From IMG/VR virus record IMGVR_UViG_3300008735_000003, positions 7,595 to 71,594 of that record: a stretch of 64,000 nucleotides of DNA; one strand, given 5' to 3'. The position numbers and the translations under genes were made by a program. The notes beneath the pieces are model-generated. The model was not told the DNA's origin and searched no databases. It was given only the letters and a program-made list of their open reading frames with translations. This DNA comes from a virus. Positions 28,332 to 38,655 of the stretch are shown piece by piece; position 1 is the first letter of the stretch; every line of letters starts with the position of its first letter.

Positions 28332-29063
28332 ATGGGAAAAAAGAGTGGCGGTAGTCTCGCAAAAGCGCTGTCAAAGGAACGAGAGGCAAGTGATCCCTCG
28401 TCTCCTAATGTTTCGGAAGAGGCCATACTTAGCGTATTCGAACAAATGGAACAAGAAGTGGGGGATGTTTCGTCGGAGAAGGAAGAAACCGATCAGAGTT
28501 CTCCTTTTTTAGCGTCAAAGGAAACGGACGAGGAAATCATCGCCTCTGGCGACGATGTACAAAACGAAGATGATGTCGGAGAATATAGAAAAAGGGTTGG
28601 GCGGATATATCCGAAGGAATCTATCGCTATAGCGGAGCATTGGGTGGATAATATACACTCCGTCCTTCTAGGCGACAATTTCTTTCTCTTTCAATTTACC
28701 GAAAAACATACCGGAACATCTGGGTTCGAATTCGCATTGAGGAGTCTCACGTCGGAAGAAGATGCTGAGGTTCGAGGTGCTTCCGTCATGAACGGTTGGT
28801 CCTCCTCTCCTTCAAACGACGCGTTGCAACTTACGCTTTTAGAACAGCTTAAATATTCACTCTATTCGTTTAAAGATAAGAATTTTCGTGGAGCTTCTCT
28901 ACAAGATAAAGACTCTTTTATAGGGGCCCTACCGTCTTTCGTTAGAAATAGAATGATAGAACAACTCCAATTCTTCAACATGGCTCTCGATTTAGCGTCT
29001 AGGGGTAGGGGGGAGTTTGACCTTGTAAAAAAGTATTCGGCTCTTCAACCTACATTTCCCTAG
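28332..29063 (+). CDS. Tail assembly chaperone, short (gpG-like) form
   Basis: Between tube and tape measure; LRSLT.EED motif; GAGGAG SD. Confidence 0.75.
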   Translation: MGKKSGGSLAKALSKEREASDPSSPNVSEEAILSVFEQMEQEVGDVSSEKEETDQSSPFLASKETDEEIIASGDDVQNEDDVGEYRKRVGRIYPKESIAIAEHWVDNIHSVLLGDNFFLFQFTEKHTGTSGFEFALRSLTSEEDAEVRGASVMNGWSSSPSNDALQLTLLEQLKYSLYSFKDKNFRGASLQDKDSFIGALPSFVRNRMIEQLQFFNMALDLASRGRGEFDLVKKYSALQPTFP

Positions 29064-29446
29064 TAAAGCACAAGGTAGAGAGAGCTAATTTTTTCGTAAG
29101 TAGAGGGAGAGACGATTTCCTCCTATTTTTATTAAGATGTAAAATTCATCTAGATAATATAGAGGCTAGGCAAAGATTCCATTTTTTTGAATTACTATGC
29201 CTTTCTAATCCGCACCTCACGCCAGAATTCGCCAATGAAGCCTATTCGGCTTTCCATTCTTTATTAAAGCCAGAAGTTGATATAGGCGGCATATTCCATG
29301 TTACTAGTGAAAAAGATAACGAACAGGCCGTAGAAGAAGGAAAGAACGCATTAGAAACGCTCAATTTCGAGCCATCTAAGATTTCAGCTAAAATGAGTAT
29401 GGAGGACAAGTTAAAAATACTTGAATCCTTTACAAATAAAGAGTAG
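28332..29446 (+). CDS. Tail assembly chaperone, long (gpGT-like) form by -1 frameshift, about 371 aa
   Basis: A_AAA_AAG at 29027-29033; the -1 frame is open from 29033 to TAG at 29444-29446, 2 nt before the TMP ATG. Confidence 0.85.
29011..29033 (+). promoter_or_regulatory. -1 frameshift signal (internal SD-like GGGAG plus slippery AAAAAAG)
   Basis: GGGAG at 29011-29015, 11 nt upstream of the heptamer; dnaX-like layout. Confidence 0.8.
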
Positions 29447-29448
29447 CT

Positions 29449-31776
29449 ATGCCGGGCGAAAGATATGATCCAATAGAACACCAATTACAGCAGCGAAGAC
29501 TCTTTGCGTATGGAAAATATGAAGACCCCTACGCTAAATTAAGAACTGGCGTTTATAACCCGGGGGCCATGGAACTCCTCGGCCTATCCTTCCAAAGATT
29601 TGATATGACCGCCCGCGACCAAAGGATGTATCAACGAGAAGCTCGCTTAAGAATGGTTGAGGATCTAAAATCGACGGCCATATCTGTCGGTGGTATGGGT
29701 GGAGCTTTTGCCGGAGGAACCGCTGGTATGGTCGCCGGTATCAAGGCGGGAGCGATGTTTGGCCCGATCGGAGGTTTTGTCGGTGGCGCCGTAGGAGCCC
29801 TCGTTGGTGGTGGTGTAACGGATGCGATTTATTCGCCGATACAGAAACGCTTTGCTCGTCAAAATGCGATTAGACGAGAATTCGCTGGAAGGGGGGATTT
29901 ATTTGGGGTTTCAAATGTAAGAAGAAGCGCAGGTAGAATAACGCAGTCGTTTAATAGGATGGGAGCACAGGACTCTTTGTTTAGTTCGGACGACTTAGTG
30001 GAAATGGCTTCTAGGTTTAAAGATAGGGGTCTTTTAAAGCAGAATCAAGGTTTGGGAGAATTTGAGAAGAATTTTAAGGCCATGAAAAGCCAGCTTAAAG
30101 ATGTGATGCGTACGATGGGAACGGGTCTCGAAGAAGCGACAGATATGATAGATCAAATGAATCAAATGGGATTCATGAAGCCAGGTAAGATGGCTGCAAA
30201 TATGGCTAGAATAGTCGGCGGAACAGCTCGCTCATCCGGACTTTCCACCTCTTATCTACAAGGACAACATAGGCGGGGAATGGAAGCCGGAGTTATGTCC
30301 GGCTTTGATCCAACTGCTATGGGAAAATTTTATGTACAGCAGTCGGCTAGATTTGAACGAAGGGCTGGGGAAGGCTTAATAGATAATATGCCCCGCTTTG
30401 GTGGAAAGGGAGCCACGTTAAATCGAATGAACCAAGCCATAGAAACTCTCCCTAGAACACAAGGATTTTTAAATTATCTGACGCTCGGGGTTGGGAAAGG
30501 CGGAAAATTTAGCTATGATCGCCTGATGGAAAAATCTAAATTGGCAATGGAAAGTGGTGATACGGTCGCTTTTGCGCTCAACCATAAAAGAATGTTGAGG
30601 GGAATCCGAGGACCAGATGGGAAGGCTATACAGTGGGATGAAAGAGACTTTTTGTCCCGGCTAGGAAATAATACACCGGAAGCTATAAGGAACTTTACTA
30701 AATTTGTGGGCGGAACGGGTATAGGGTTACAAATAGCTACGGGCGGGGCGATTCAATCCGATATAGGGTCAGTCCTTATTGACCAGTTAAATGCGGGGAA
30801 TCCATCGGCTCTATCGGAAAAGAAACTAGTAAATAAACTCAATATTCAAAAAAAGATAGGATTGATGCAGGTGGGGCGGCCTAATTCTATACCAATACAG
30901 CAATCCCTTTCTGCCCCAAGCATGCTTGGGCCTGGATTTCAAAATTTATCTGTAGGCGGAGGATTAAATTTCCTCGGAATGGGGGGAATAGTAGACTCCA
31001 ATTTCACCTCCGGTTCTGGAGCTATGGATGCGTACAAGAAATTCCAAAAAGGCGGATTTTATTCCGGCCCCGTTAACCTAGATGCAAATATGGCGGCCCT
31101 CTCCTCGGATATATCGGGGGCTAATGTTCCAGATATGTCCGGAGATTTTATGAGGACTTTAGGGGGTAAATATTTTCGCCAAAAGGGATTAGATCCGTTA
31201 AGGATTGTAGGGAAGTTGTATGGAGCTAGAAACTTATCCGGAAATGCGCGTAGTTCTTATATTAAGAGGGCGGTAAAGGCGATGGGACTTCCCGATGGAA
31301 GTGCGGAGAATTTTGCGAAAAAATTATCCGCGCTAAGCGGCGGCGAATACATAAACACACTTTCCTCGTTTGTAAAGGGGAATATGAAAAATAATAAGAG
31401 CGCGTATGCGACCTACTATAGCGATGGAGATTATTGGGGGGACGAGATGCAAGGGTTTTTAGGCGGTGGAGATTTGGGAAGATTCCTAGATGCCACTTCA
31501 ATACAAACTACGTCGATTGCTGCCGGAAAGGGTAGAAGAGTTATGAAGTCCATGTCTGGAAAAAACAGGGCGGGTACTAAATACGACGACCCAGGCATGA
31601 TAGAAAACTTTTTAGATTGGAAAGATAGCTTTTTTGATAATCTTTTAGGTAGAAAATCAAACAGCGCGGTTAAGGACGACATAATTCAAATATTCGAAGA
31701 TAGCGGAAAAACTTTCGGGGATACCGCAGCAAAAACAATGGTAGAAGTGCTGCGAGATAACCCGAGGGCTAACTAG
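29449..31776 (+). CDS. Tape measure protein
   Basis: Follows the G/GT chaperone; Gly/Ala-rich hydrophobic block GAMFGPIGGFVGGAVGALVGG; helical M/G-rich composition. Confidence 0.75.
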   Translation: MPGERYDPIEHQLQQRRLFAYGKYEDPYAKLRTGVYNPGAMELLGLSFQRFDMTARDQRMYQREARLRMVEDLKSTAISVGGMGGAFAGGTAGMVAGIKAGAMFGPIGGFVGGAVGALVGGGVTDAIYSPIQKRFARQNAIRREFAGRGDLFGVSNVRRSAGRITQSFNRMGAQDSLFSSDDLVEMASRFKDRGLLKQNQGLGEFEKNFKAMKSQLKDVMRTMGTGLEEATDMIDQMNQMGFMKPGKMAANMARIVGGTARSSGLSTSYLQGQHRRGMEAGVMSGFDPTAMGKFYVQQSARFERRAGEGLIDNMPRFGGKGATLNRMNQAIETLPRTQGFLNYLTLGVGKGGKFSYDRLMEKSKLAMESGDTVAFALNHKRMLRGIRGPDGKAIQWDERDFLSRLGNNTPEAIRNFTKFVGGTGIGLQIATGGAIQSDIGSVLIDQLNAGNPSALSEKKLVNKLNIQKKIGLMQVGRPNSIPIQQSLSAPSMLGPGFQNLSVGGGLNFLGMGGIVDSNFTSGSGAMDAYKKFQKGGFYSGPVNLDANMAALSSDISGANVPDMSGDFMRTLGGKYFRQKGLDPLRIVGKLYGARNLSGNARSSYIKRAVKAMGLPDGSAENFAKKLSALSGGEYINTLSSFVKGNMKNNKSAYATYYSDGDYWGDEMQGFLGGGDLGRFLDATSIQTTSIAAGKGRRVMKSMSGKNRAGTKYDDPGMIENFLDWKDSFFDNLLGRKSNSAVKDDIIQIFEDSGKTFGDTAAKTMVEVLRDNPRAN

Positions 31777-31796
31777 AATCTATTGGAAAATTAAAT

Positions 31797-32417
31797 ATGG
31801 CCAAATTAAACGAAGTAAATAAACTTAATGATTCCGATGTAATTTTAAGGAATGCTGGAAAAGCTTCTTCAAACCCATACGAAACTAAATCCAATGAAGA
31901 TAGCGGAAAACCGAATAAGACCGAAGTGGGTACGAAGGTCTTTACTCGCCTCAAAATAGGAAAAACGGTGGCCCCCGATACGGACAATGAAACAACATAC
32001 GACTTAGATTATGCGGCCCGCTTTCACTTACTCCAATTAAGAAAGGGTATTCCGGTCGGATCATACGAAGCATTTTTTAAAACGGCTCCGACACACAGAA
32101 TCACCAACCTAAATGAAGATGGAACAAAAACCGCAATTCCCATTTCGAGAAAAAATTTTTTAATGATGAGGGAGGAAGCGGAAGATAATTTTCCACCCAT
32201 AGTGGACGCGATATACAAACAAAGCGAAGGTAGTGTAAATAACGAAGATATACATCCGTTTTGGAGGAAGCTAGAAATATACCTGAAACTATACGGGCCG
32301 GTACAAACGAAGGTTTTTCTCTCGAACGAGGATAATCCAAACATAAGCTTTTTTAAGGATAAAACCATCGAAGATGGCGCAGATTCTTTCTTTCTTTTTC
32401 ACTCGCTAGATAGGTAA
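31797..32417 (+). CDS. Hypothetical tail/baseplate protein
   Basis: 206-aa ORF after the TMP. Confidence 0.5.
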   Translation: MAKLNEVNKLNDSDVILRNAGKASSNPYETKSNEDSGKPNKTEVGTKVFTRLKIGKTVAPDTDNETTYDLDYAARFHLLQLRKGIPVGSYEAFFKTAPTHRITNLNEDGTKTAIPISRKNFLMMREEAEDNFPPIVDAIYKQSEGSVNNEDIHPFWRKLEIYLKLYGPVQTKVFLSNEDNPNISFFKDKTIEDGADSFFLFHSLDR

Positions 32418-32421
32418 TAGT

Positions 32422-33546
32422 ATGCCAAAAAATATATCGCTTTACGAGCCGACTCAAACCGCACTAACTGCGCAAGAAGTGAGGGATATGGTTAAAACTA
32501 GAAGGGCTTGGATTGTTGAAGGTAGCGTCGGTATAACCGATATCGACGGAACCCCCGTTCCGTCGGTCTCCATAGAGCGAAGCGGAAAACTTAAGATTTC
32601 TAGCGAAGAAATATCGGTACCGTTGATGGAAAGCACGTCCAGCGAAGCCGCAACAATCATAGGAACGGCATCGTTAAATCCTGAACCGATAACTTCTACC
32701 ATTTTTCCAAACTTAAATACCAACTTAAGCGTACCGCTAACCTTGGATGAAGGTAACCATATAGTTGGAGGGGGGATAATACACCCGGAGACGAGGTTAC
32801 TCAAGCCTTCCATTTCACCTCAACTCGCCCCAGAAGAGACCGGGGAAAGGAATGATGAAAAAGTTAAGGAGGCTGTAATCAACATAGCTTCCGGAGAAAC
32901 GCCCACCATAACGTCTAATCCATCCGTTGAAACGAGCAGGCCGGTCGTAGAACCTATAACGCAGGAAAGGTATAATAATCTTCTTAATGTAAACTCTGAA
33001 TTTTTAAATAAAAAAACGAATAGATTAACGAAACAGGAGAATAAGGGCGTAAAGAGGCTGGCCTATATAGAAGAGCCGAAAGGAGTGGCCAAAATCTCGT
33101 TAATTGAAGATGGAACAAATAACGTGAAACATGAGATGGGATTATTTATTTTAACGTCTTTCGAGGAGGGCATGAATATTAGGCATCAAGTCGTCGGAAC
33201 GCAAGATGTTGACATAATAAATTTCTTCGAAGAAGAAGCGAAAATATGGGCGTATAGCGGGGTTACCCTTAATGGAGCTAGGGGATCGGTACAAATTAAA
33301 GATGGTAATACTTTGGCCTCTAATAATTGGTACAAAGACTTTAACGCATTTGCGGAAGATTCTCTCGGAGCCCCATCCAAGGTGGGAAAAAATAAAAAGA
33401 AGGTTAGGCATAAGGTTAGGATGGAATACATGAATTTCGTTAGAGAAGGATTTCTTTTAAATGTAAGATATTCCTCAAACGCTTCCAATCCCAAGCTGGT
33501 TAATATATACTTTCAAATTGCGATCTCAGACCAATATACGATTTAA
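32422..33546 (+). CDS. Putative baseplate tube-initiator (tube-like C-terminal domain)
   Basis: FILTSFEE..RHQVV.T..FF.E..IWAYSG..LN beta pattern; between TMP and hub. Confidence 0.45.
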   Translation: MPKNISLYEPTQTALTAQEVRDMVKTRRAWIVEGSVGITDIDGTPVPSVSIERSGKLKISSEEISVPLMESTSSEAATIIGTASLNPEPITSTIFPNLNTNLSVPLTLDEGNHIVGGGIIHPETRLLKPSISPQLAPEETGERNDEKVKEAVINIASGETPTITSNPSVETSRPVVEPITQERYNNLLNVNSEFLNKKTNRLTKQENKGVKRLAYIEEPKGVAKISLIEDGTNNVKHEMGLFILTSFEEGMNIRHQVVGTQDVDIINFFEEEAKIWAYSGVTLNGARGSVQIKDGNTLASNNWYKDFNAFAEDSLGAPSKVGKNKKKVRHKVRMEYMNFVREGFLLNVRYSSNASNPKLVNIYFQIAISDQYTI

Positions 33547-33548
33547 TC

Positions 33549-35678
33549 ATGATAGCATCACAAATAAAACTAAAGATATTTGTCGAGGGAATTGAAATTA
33601 AATCTTGGACATCCATTTCAATGAATACCGGAATTAATGCTGGAGTATCGGCATCGCTTTCCATACCGGATGACGGGGTTATATTCGCCTCCTTTATACC
33701 CGGAGTTAAGGTTTCCATTTTCATGAACCGCCAAGCGTTCATGAAAGGTGTAGAAGAGGGAGAATTTGTCCTTCTTTTTGAAGGCGAGTGTCAAAAAATA
33801 AGTCGTTCATCTGGAACGAAAAGAACCGGAAGAAATGTGATTCTTAATATACATGGGTGGATTTTTTATAGTAAGTTGGCCAAGACATACCATTTCGATC
33901 AAGCTTCAACTACAAAGGACGTCACCTTACTAGATAATACGTCGACTTCTCCATCTAGTATTTCAGCAGATGTGGTCGATGATGTATTGAATAGGCGCAC
34001 TTCGGTTAGTACGGGGCTGGGAACGGAAGAACAAATGGCCTTAAATAGACAAAAGAAAAGAAATTTTAAGAGGAAGGCAATATATAAGAAGCTGTTCGCC
34101 GGAAAGCCATTAAGTGGATTTTCTAGGAATTCTAAAAATTCGTCACATGAAGATGGCGGGCTAGAACACCTCCTAGAGAACTTCTTTTATTTTTTTGCCT
34201 ACCTTTCAAATTCTTCTGGTTCGGGTGGATCGGAAATACAAAAGTTATTTAGGGTGATATTCGAATCTGCGAAGTTGAGGAAGAAGTTTTTCATCATAAG
34301 CGATAAAGAAAATAATACGGCCTTTGATCCTCAAAAAACATCCAATCACGCATTAGTCGATGCGGCAAAAAATAACCATTGGTTTCAGTTCGCAATGGAG
34401 CAGGCGTTTCATAGATTGGGGCATATAGGAAGATTCTTCGATTTTCTTTCGTATTTGCTCGGCGAAACCGCCTATACGTTTTGCGAAAACCTTGCGCCAT
34501 CAAAGGTAGGTTCGGACAATATAAACCAGATATTTTTAAAGCCAAATTTATTTTTCGCCCTTCCACCAAAATGTAATATACTTTTCCCCGGAAATATAGA
34601 TTCGGTTCAATGCCACAGGAGTTTCGATTCTGAGCCAACCGCCGCATTCCGAAGAATGCCAATGATAAAACAATTGGGGAGCGGGAGTACATCGAATTTA
34701 ACTAGAGAGGGGATAGAGCAAACGAATTTACTTTATGCCAAAACTCAAGCCAATTCTATCCCTGGCGTTTTAAATAGATTTATAGATGAACATAGGATTG
34801 AGCTAGAAAGAATAGATACCGCCAATGCGGATATGGAAAGGATGGAAAAATTAAAGGGACCAAATCACTACATCGATACATCCGGGTCTGTTTCAGATTT
34901 TCTTTTAACCACGGTGGGCGCAACCGATCTCGGAGAGGGGGGAGAACTTCGCGCGCTAAAAAAAGAAAACGTGAAGCTTTTTAATGCGAAGACACAATAT
35001 AACTACATGGAGACGTTATATAGCGGGAGAGTAGCCTCCATAAATATGCCATTTTCCCCGTATATGATAGTCGGCCATCCCGCGATGGTCCTCGAAGATC
35101 TTTATGTAACTATCGGGCTCTTAGATTCTATTGCCCACTCTTTTACGCCTTCATCGGCGGAGACATCCATTAGACTTCGTTATACAAGAACATCAACATA
35201 TGATTTAAATAACATAGGAGACGCTTCTCCCGTCCCCATGGATTTTTTTAACAAACATTACAGGGGAAACGAGATAGATAAAATATATAAAGATTTTTTT
35301 GGTACAAGCTCTTTAGAGATAGATGGTACGATTGATACGAGCGGCAACGACCAAAATGCATATAGAAAGCTTTACGATAAGATGAGAAAGGCTAGCAGAA
35401 TTCTTAGAAGGGAATATTTTGAAGTCCCAAAGGAGAATAGAAACGCGTTTACCGAAAAATATCATGAGAGGTCCTTTGTAAAGGAGGGCGAATACTTTTC
35501 TATCATGGGAGCAAAAAAAACGGATAAAAAAACATATAACGATATATATGAGGCTGAATCTATAGACGGCGCAACCGATAAAAATACCCCGCCATTTATA
35601 AAAGAGAAACAAGCCCCTATAATTCAATATGTAAATAACATAAATCAGAGGGCGCAATTGGAGAAAAAGAATGAGTAA
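33549..35678 (+). CDS. Baseplate hub protein (gp27/gpD-like)
   Basis: KIFVEGIEI..ASLSIP..LLFEGE at the N-terminus; MPFSPYMIVGHP..G.LDSIAHSF...TSIRL near the C-terminus. Confidence 0.65.
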   Translation: MIASQIKLKIFVEGIEIKSWTSISMNTGINAGVSASLSIPDDGVIFASFIPGVKVSIFMNRQAFMKGVEEGEFVLLFEGECQKISRSSGTKRTGRNVILNIHGWIFYSKLAKTYHFDQASTTKDVTLLDNTSTSPSSISADVVDDVLNRRTSVSTGLGTEEQMALNRQKKRNFKRKAIYKKLFAGKPLSGFSRNSKNSSHEDGGLEHLLENFFYFFAYLSNSSGSGGSEIQKLFRVIFESAKLRKKFFIISDKENNTAFDPQKTSNHALVDAAKNNHWFQFAMEQAFHRLGHIGRFFDFLSYLLGETAYTFCENLAPSKVGSDNINQIFLKPNLFFALPPKCNILFPGNIDSVQCHRSFDSEPTAAFRRMPMIKQLGSGSTSNLTREGIEQTNLLYAKTQANSIPGVLNRFIDEHRIELERIDTANADMERMEKLKGPNHYIDTSGSVSDFLLTTVGATDLGEGGELRALKKENVKLFNAKTQYNYMETLYSGRVASINMPFSPYMIVGHPAMVLEDLYVTIGLLDSIAHSFTPSSAETSIRLRYTRTSTYDLNNIGDASPVPMDFFNKHYRGNEIDKIYKDFFGTSSLEIDGTIDTSGNDQNAYRKLYDKMRKASRILRREYFEVPKENRNAFTEKYHERSFVKEGEYFSIMGAKKTDKKTYNDIYEAESIDGATDKNTPPFIKEKQAPIIQYVNNINQRAQLEKKNE

Positions 35679-36396
35679 ATTTGAAAAAGAAAAGGGGGTT
35701 TGGGAGAGGTGGAAAAAAAACCCCTCCCCAAAAATGAATCGAGAACTCCTAGACATTTTAAAACCTAGGATAGATTATGCTGTCAAGAAGTTTACACGAT
35801 CGGGAATTCCGGCCAACGCCCTTAAAACCCAAGCAAAAAAACTATCCATCGCTCAAGCGAAAACATACGACCCTGGTAAGGGAGTGCTTTTATCTACGCA
35901 TATCACCCACGGACTAAGAAAAATGACCGACTATGTGGAAGATGAAAAAAATGTAGTACGTATACCAAACTATGTAAGAAATCAAGTCGCCACCTTCATG
36001 GAAGAAAGAGATAAGCTCGTGGATGAATTAGGTCGTGATCCCAACATAGAAGAAATAGCGGATAAGATGAAGATAGGTAAAAATCTAGCATCAAAGTTAG
36101 AGAGTTCCATAGATAGGAAAGAACTCACCCACTCATTAACCCAATTAGACATTGGGGATGTCTACTCTAGATCAGAAGAGGAAGAGCTAATAATTTCGCA
36201 TTATTATGACATTAAAGATCCGGGCATGAAAACGATATACGAATATACATTCGGGCTTTTTGGTAAGAAGCGTTTAAAACCTAAAGAGATATCAAAACGA
36301 ACGAAAGTGAACGAACAAAAGGTCAGGAGAATACAGTCGGGATTCGCGAAGGATATTAAAAAGTATTATACGGGACAGGTAAAGTCTCACATTTAA
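35671..36396 (+). CDS. Divergent sigma-70-family RNA polymerase sigma factor
   Basis: Region 2 TYDPGKG..LSTHI, VVRIP, region 3 LGRDPNIEEIADKM, region 4 YTFGL..KEIS..VRRIQ. Confidence 0.8.
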   Translation: MSKFEKEKGVWERWKKNPSPKMNRELLDILKPRIDYAVKKFTRSGIPANALKTQAKKLSIAQAKTYDPGKGVLLSTHITHGLRKMTDYVEDEKNVVRIPNYVRNQVATFMEERDKLVDELGRDPNIEEIADKMKIGKNLASKLESSIDRKELTHSLTQLDIGDVYSRSEEEELIISHYYDIKDPGMKTIYEYTFGLFGKKRLKPKEISKRTKVNEQKVRRIQSGFAKDIKKYYTGQVKSHI

Positions 36397-36400
36397 GACT

Positions 36401-38116
36401 ATGGGTGCAGATCTTTGTTCAATTATATCCGTCCTCGGAGAGGCTAAGTCTCAAATTCGGAGATATAAAAAGGGGATAGGAAAAAAGATATCGGTACTCG
36501 AATCGGACGACGGTGGCGGGTCCGAGAAAAGTGGGTTGGGAAAATTCCCCCTTGGCGGAAAAGGGTCTGGTGGGTTAAAGGGATTTATTAGAAAAAAAAT
36601 AACCAATGCCTTAAAAGGTTCCATTCTCGGAGACCTTGTAAATATGTTTGAGGAGGGGTTTAACTTAGATAGGTTCCTAGATGTAGTCATAAAATACTTT
36701 CTCCTCCTCGATCAAAAGGCCAAACGAGAGCGACTAAACCACCCAACAGAACATTACTTTGCCGACTATGAAGTCTACGAAGATTTCATATATAATATTA
36801 CCTCCGACCCAGATGATTTAATTTTCATCGCGAAACTTTCCACCGAAGAATTCTTAGAAGAGGTCAATAGGCAAGATGAGATAATAGAGGACATAGAAGA
36901 AGAGATCGCCATATTAGAGGCGGAGATAATTAATCTCGACCCGTCCTTTTATGTCGGGAACTTGGAGACTAATTTAACCAATGCTTCGGCGGAGATTTTA
37001 AATGCCATAATGGAACTCGGAGAAGCGGAAGTTAGCATTTCCAAAGATATATCGGACTTTAATTCTAATTCATACGTAGATTCCGAAAACCATATATCAA
37101 GAGCCATCGATTATGCCGAACCAGAAACCTCATTCAACGACATAGCATTCACATCCTCATTGGACGGGATAATTTCCTCTATCGCAGAACTAAGCGCGAG
37201 AACCGAGGAGATACATGAAAGAAAGGGGCTTATAGAGAATTTTATTCCGTCCTTTGAGGAGAGTTTTTCCGATACCGCATTGGATGACTACCATTTAAAA
37301 GCGATCATAAATGATATGCGAGAAATAAAAACATTCATAGATTCATCGATTAAGGCGGGCGAGGATAAACAAAGGGCAACGAGGGAATCGGTCTTCGCCC
37401 GCTTGTGGGCGATACGCCTCTTTATGATGACGTCCAAACTAGACATATTATCCGCATTAGAAGCGCTAAAGAATCTTACTCCGGGGGGCCCGGATAGAGA
37501 GAATTTAGATATGTTGGATAGTGTGGTATCATCGCTTGGAGATATAGTTACCTTCGAAGAAGAGGACCAGCAAGATTTAGACGGGATAATAAATACGCTT
37601 AATAGAGAGGGGAACATAGCTTTGACCGATCCAAATAGCGATCAAAATAATTTGACCGAGGCCATCGAAGATCTTAAAGCGATCGTAAATAAACATAAGG
37701 TTAGAAATGGTGAATACCGTGGGGCTTTAGAAGGTTTTAATCCGAGAGAAAATAAACATCTAGAGAGGGCGATGAAAGTTTGGAAGTTGAGGGGGTATCT
37801 CGACGTTATAGATGCTATGAAAAGGGGCGACTGGAAGGAGGTCTTCTCGATATTGAATAATGGCAACTTTGGATTCAACGATTTCTTTAGACAATTGTTT
37901 TGCGTCCTCGATGCGAAGAGTGCCATATCCCAAAAAAGCAAAGAGGTTCTCGGTGATTTTTCGGCAGAAATGGATAGATTCGAAAGCCTTAAAAACTTAG
38001 AAATCAAACCCAGGAAAAAGGTAATAGAAGCGGCAGTAAATAGCCTTAAAAGAAAGAAAAAAGATTTGGATGGGCTGTCGGGAAGAATCGATGATGCCAT
38101 AGGATCAGAGGGATAA
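36401..38116 (+). CDS. Acidic coiled-coil protein in the baseplate cluster
   Basis: 571-aa helical ORF with heptad periodicity. Confidence 0.55.
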   Translation: MGADLCSIISVLGEAKSQIRRYKKGIGKKISVLESDDGGGSEKSGLGKFPLGGKGSGGLKGFIRKKITNALKGSILGDLVNMFEEGFNLDRFLDVVIKYFLLLDQKAKRERLNHPTEHYFADYEVYEDFIYNITSDPDDLIFIAKLSTEEFLEEVNRQDEIIEDIEEEIAILEAEIINLDPSFYVGNLETNLTNASAEILNAIMELGEAEVSISKDISDFNSNSYVDSENHISRAIDYAEPETSFNDIAFTSSLDGIISSIAELSARTEEIHERKGLIENFIPSFEESFSDTALDDYHLKAIINDMREIKTFIDSSIKAGEDKQRATRESVFARLWAIRLFMMTSKLDILSALEALKNLTPGGPDRENLDMLDSVVSSLGDIVTFEEEDQQDLDGIINTLNREGNIALTDPNSDQNNLTEAIEDLKAIVNKHKVRNGEYRGALEGFNPRENKHLERAMKVWKLRGYLDVIDAMKRGDWKEVFSILNNGNFGFNDFFRQLFCVLDAKSAISQKSKEVLGDFSAEMDRFESLKNLEIKPRKKVIEAAVNSLKRKKKDLDGLSGRIDDAIGSEG

Positions 38117-38117
38117 A

Positions 38118-38558
38118 ATGAATACTGATTTTAAAACAAACTTCCTTATAGGCGAAGAAAACACCGTAAACATAACTTCTACAGAAAAGAGTCGGCTAAC
38201 GTCTGGACCATTTAAGTTGGCCCAAAAAGTTACGCATTCGTTATTAACCAATATAGGAGACGACATATTTGATCCAGATTGGGGGTCGAATCTCTTGGAG
38301 GTTTTTCGCATGCCACCGTCTGGCGATACAGCCCAGACTAAAACCGCCTTCAGGTTGGCAAATATGTCGGTTAAGAAAACGCAGGTGGACGTATTAAACC
38401 AGCAAAGTAAAATGCGAATCACTGATGAAAACATTTCTTCCATGTTAAAAAAGCTAACTTTAAAATCGGTTACACCGGATTTAAATAACAATACTTGGGA
38501 AATAGACATAGACATCGAAACATTAAATGGAGATACCTTAAATATATCGTTTCCGTAG
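38118..38558 (+). CDS. Baseplate gp25/GpW-like protein
   Basis: AQKVTHSLLTNIGDDIFDPDWGSNL signature. Confidence 0.8.
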   Translation: MNTDFKTNFLIGEENTVNITSTEKSRLTSGPFKLAQKVTHSLLTNIGDDIFDPDWGSNLLEVFRMPPSGDTAQTKTAFRLANMSVKKTQVDVLNQQSKMRITDENISSMLKKLTLKSVTPDLNNNTWEIDIDIETLNGDTLNISFP

Positions 38559-38655
38559 GGCTCGATATTTTTGGCGATAAAATGGTACACTATATACGGT
38601 TTGGTAGCATTAAAGTTTTATAGAAGGAAGGATATAATATAAAGAGGTAACTATT

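Noticed and set aside
29242-29484. Minus-strand 80-aa ORF in the chaperone-TMP gap
   Set aside because: The gap is explained by the + strand -1 frameshift extension.
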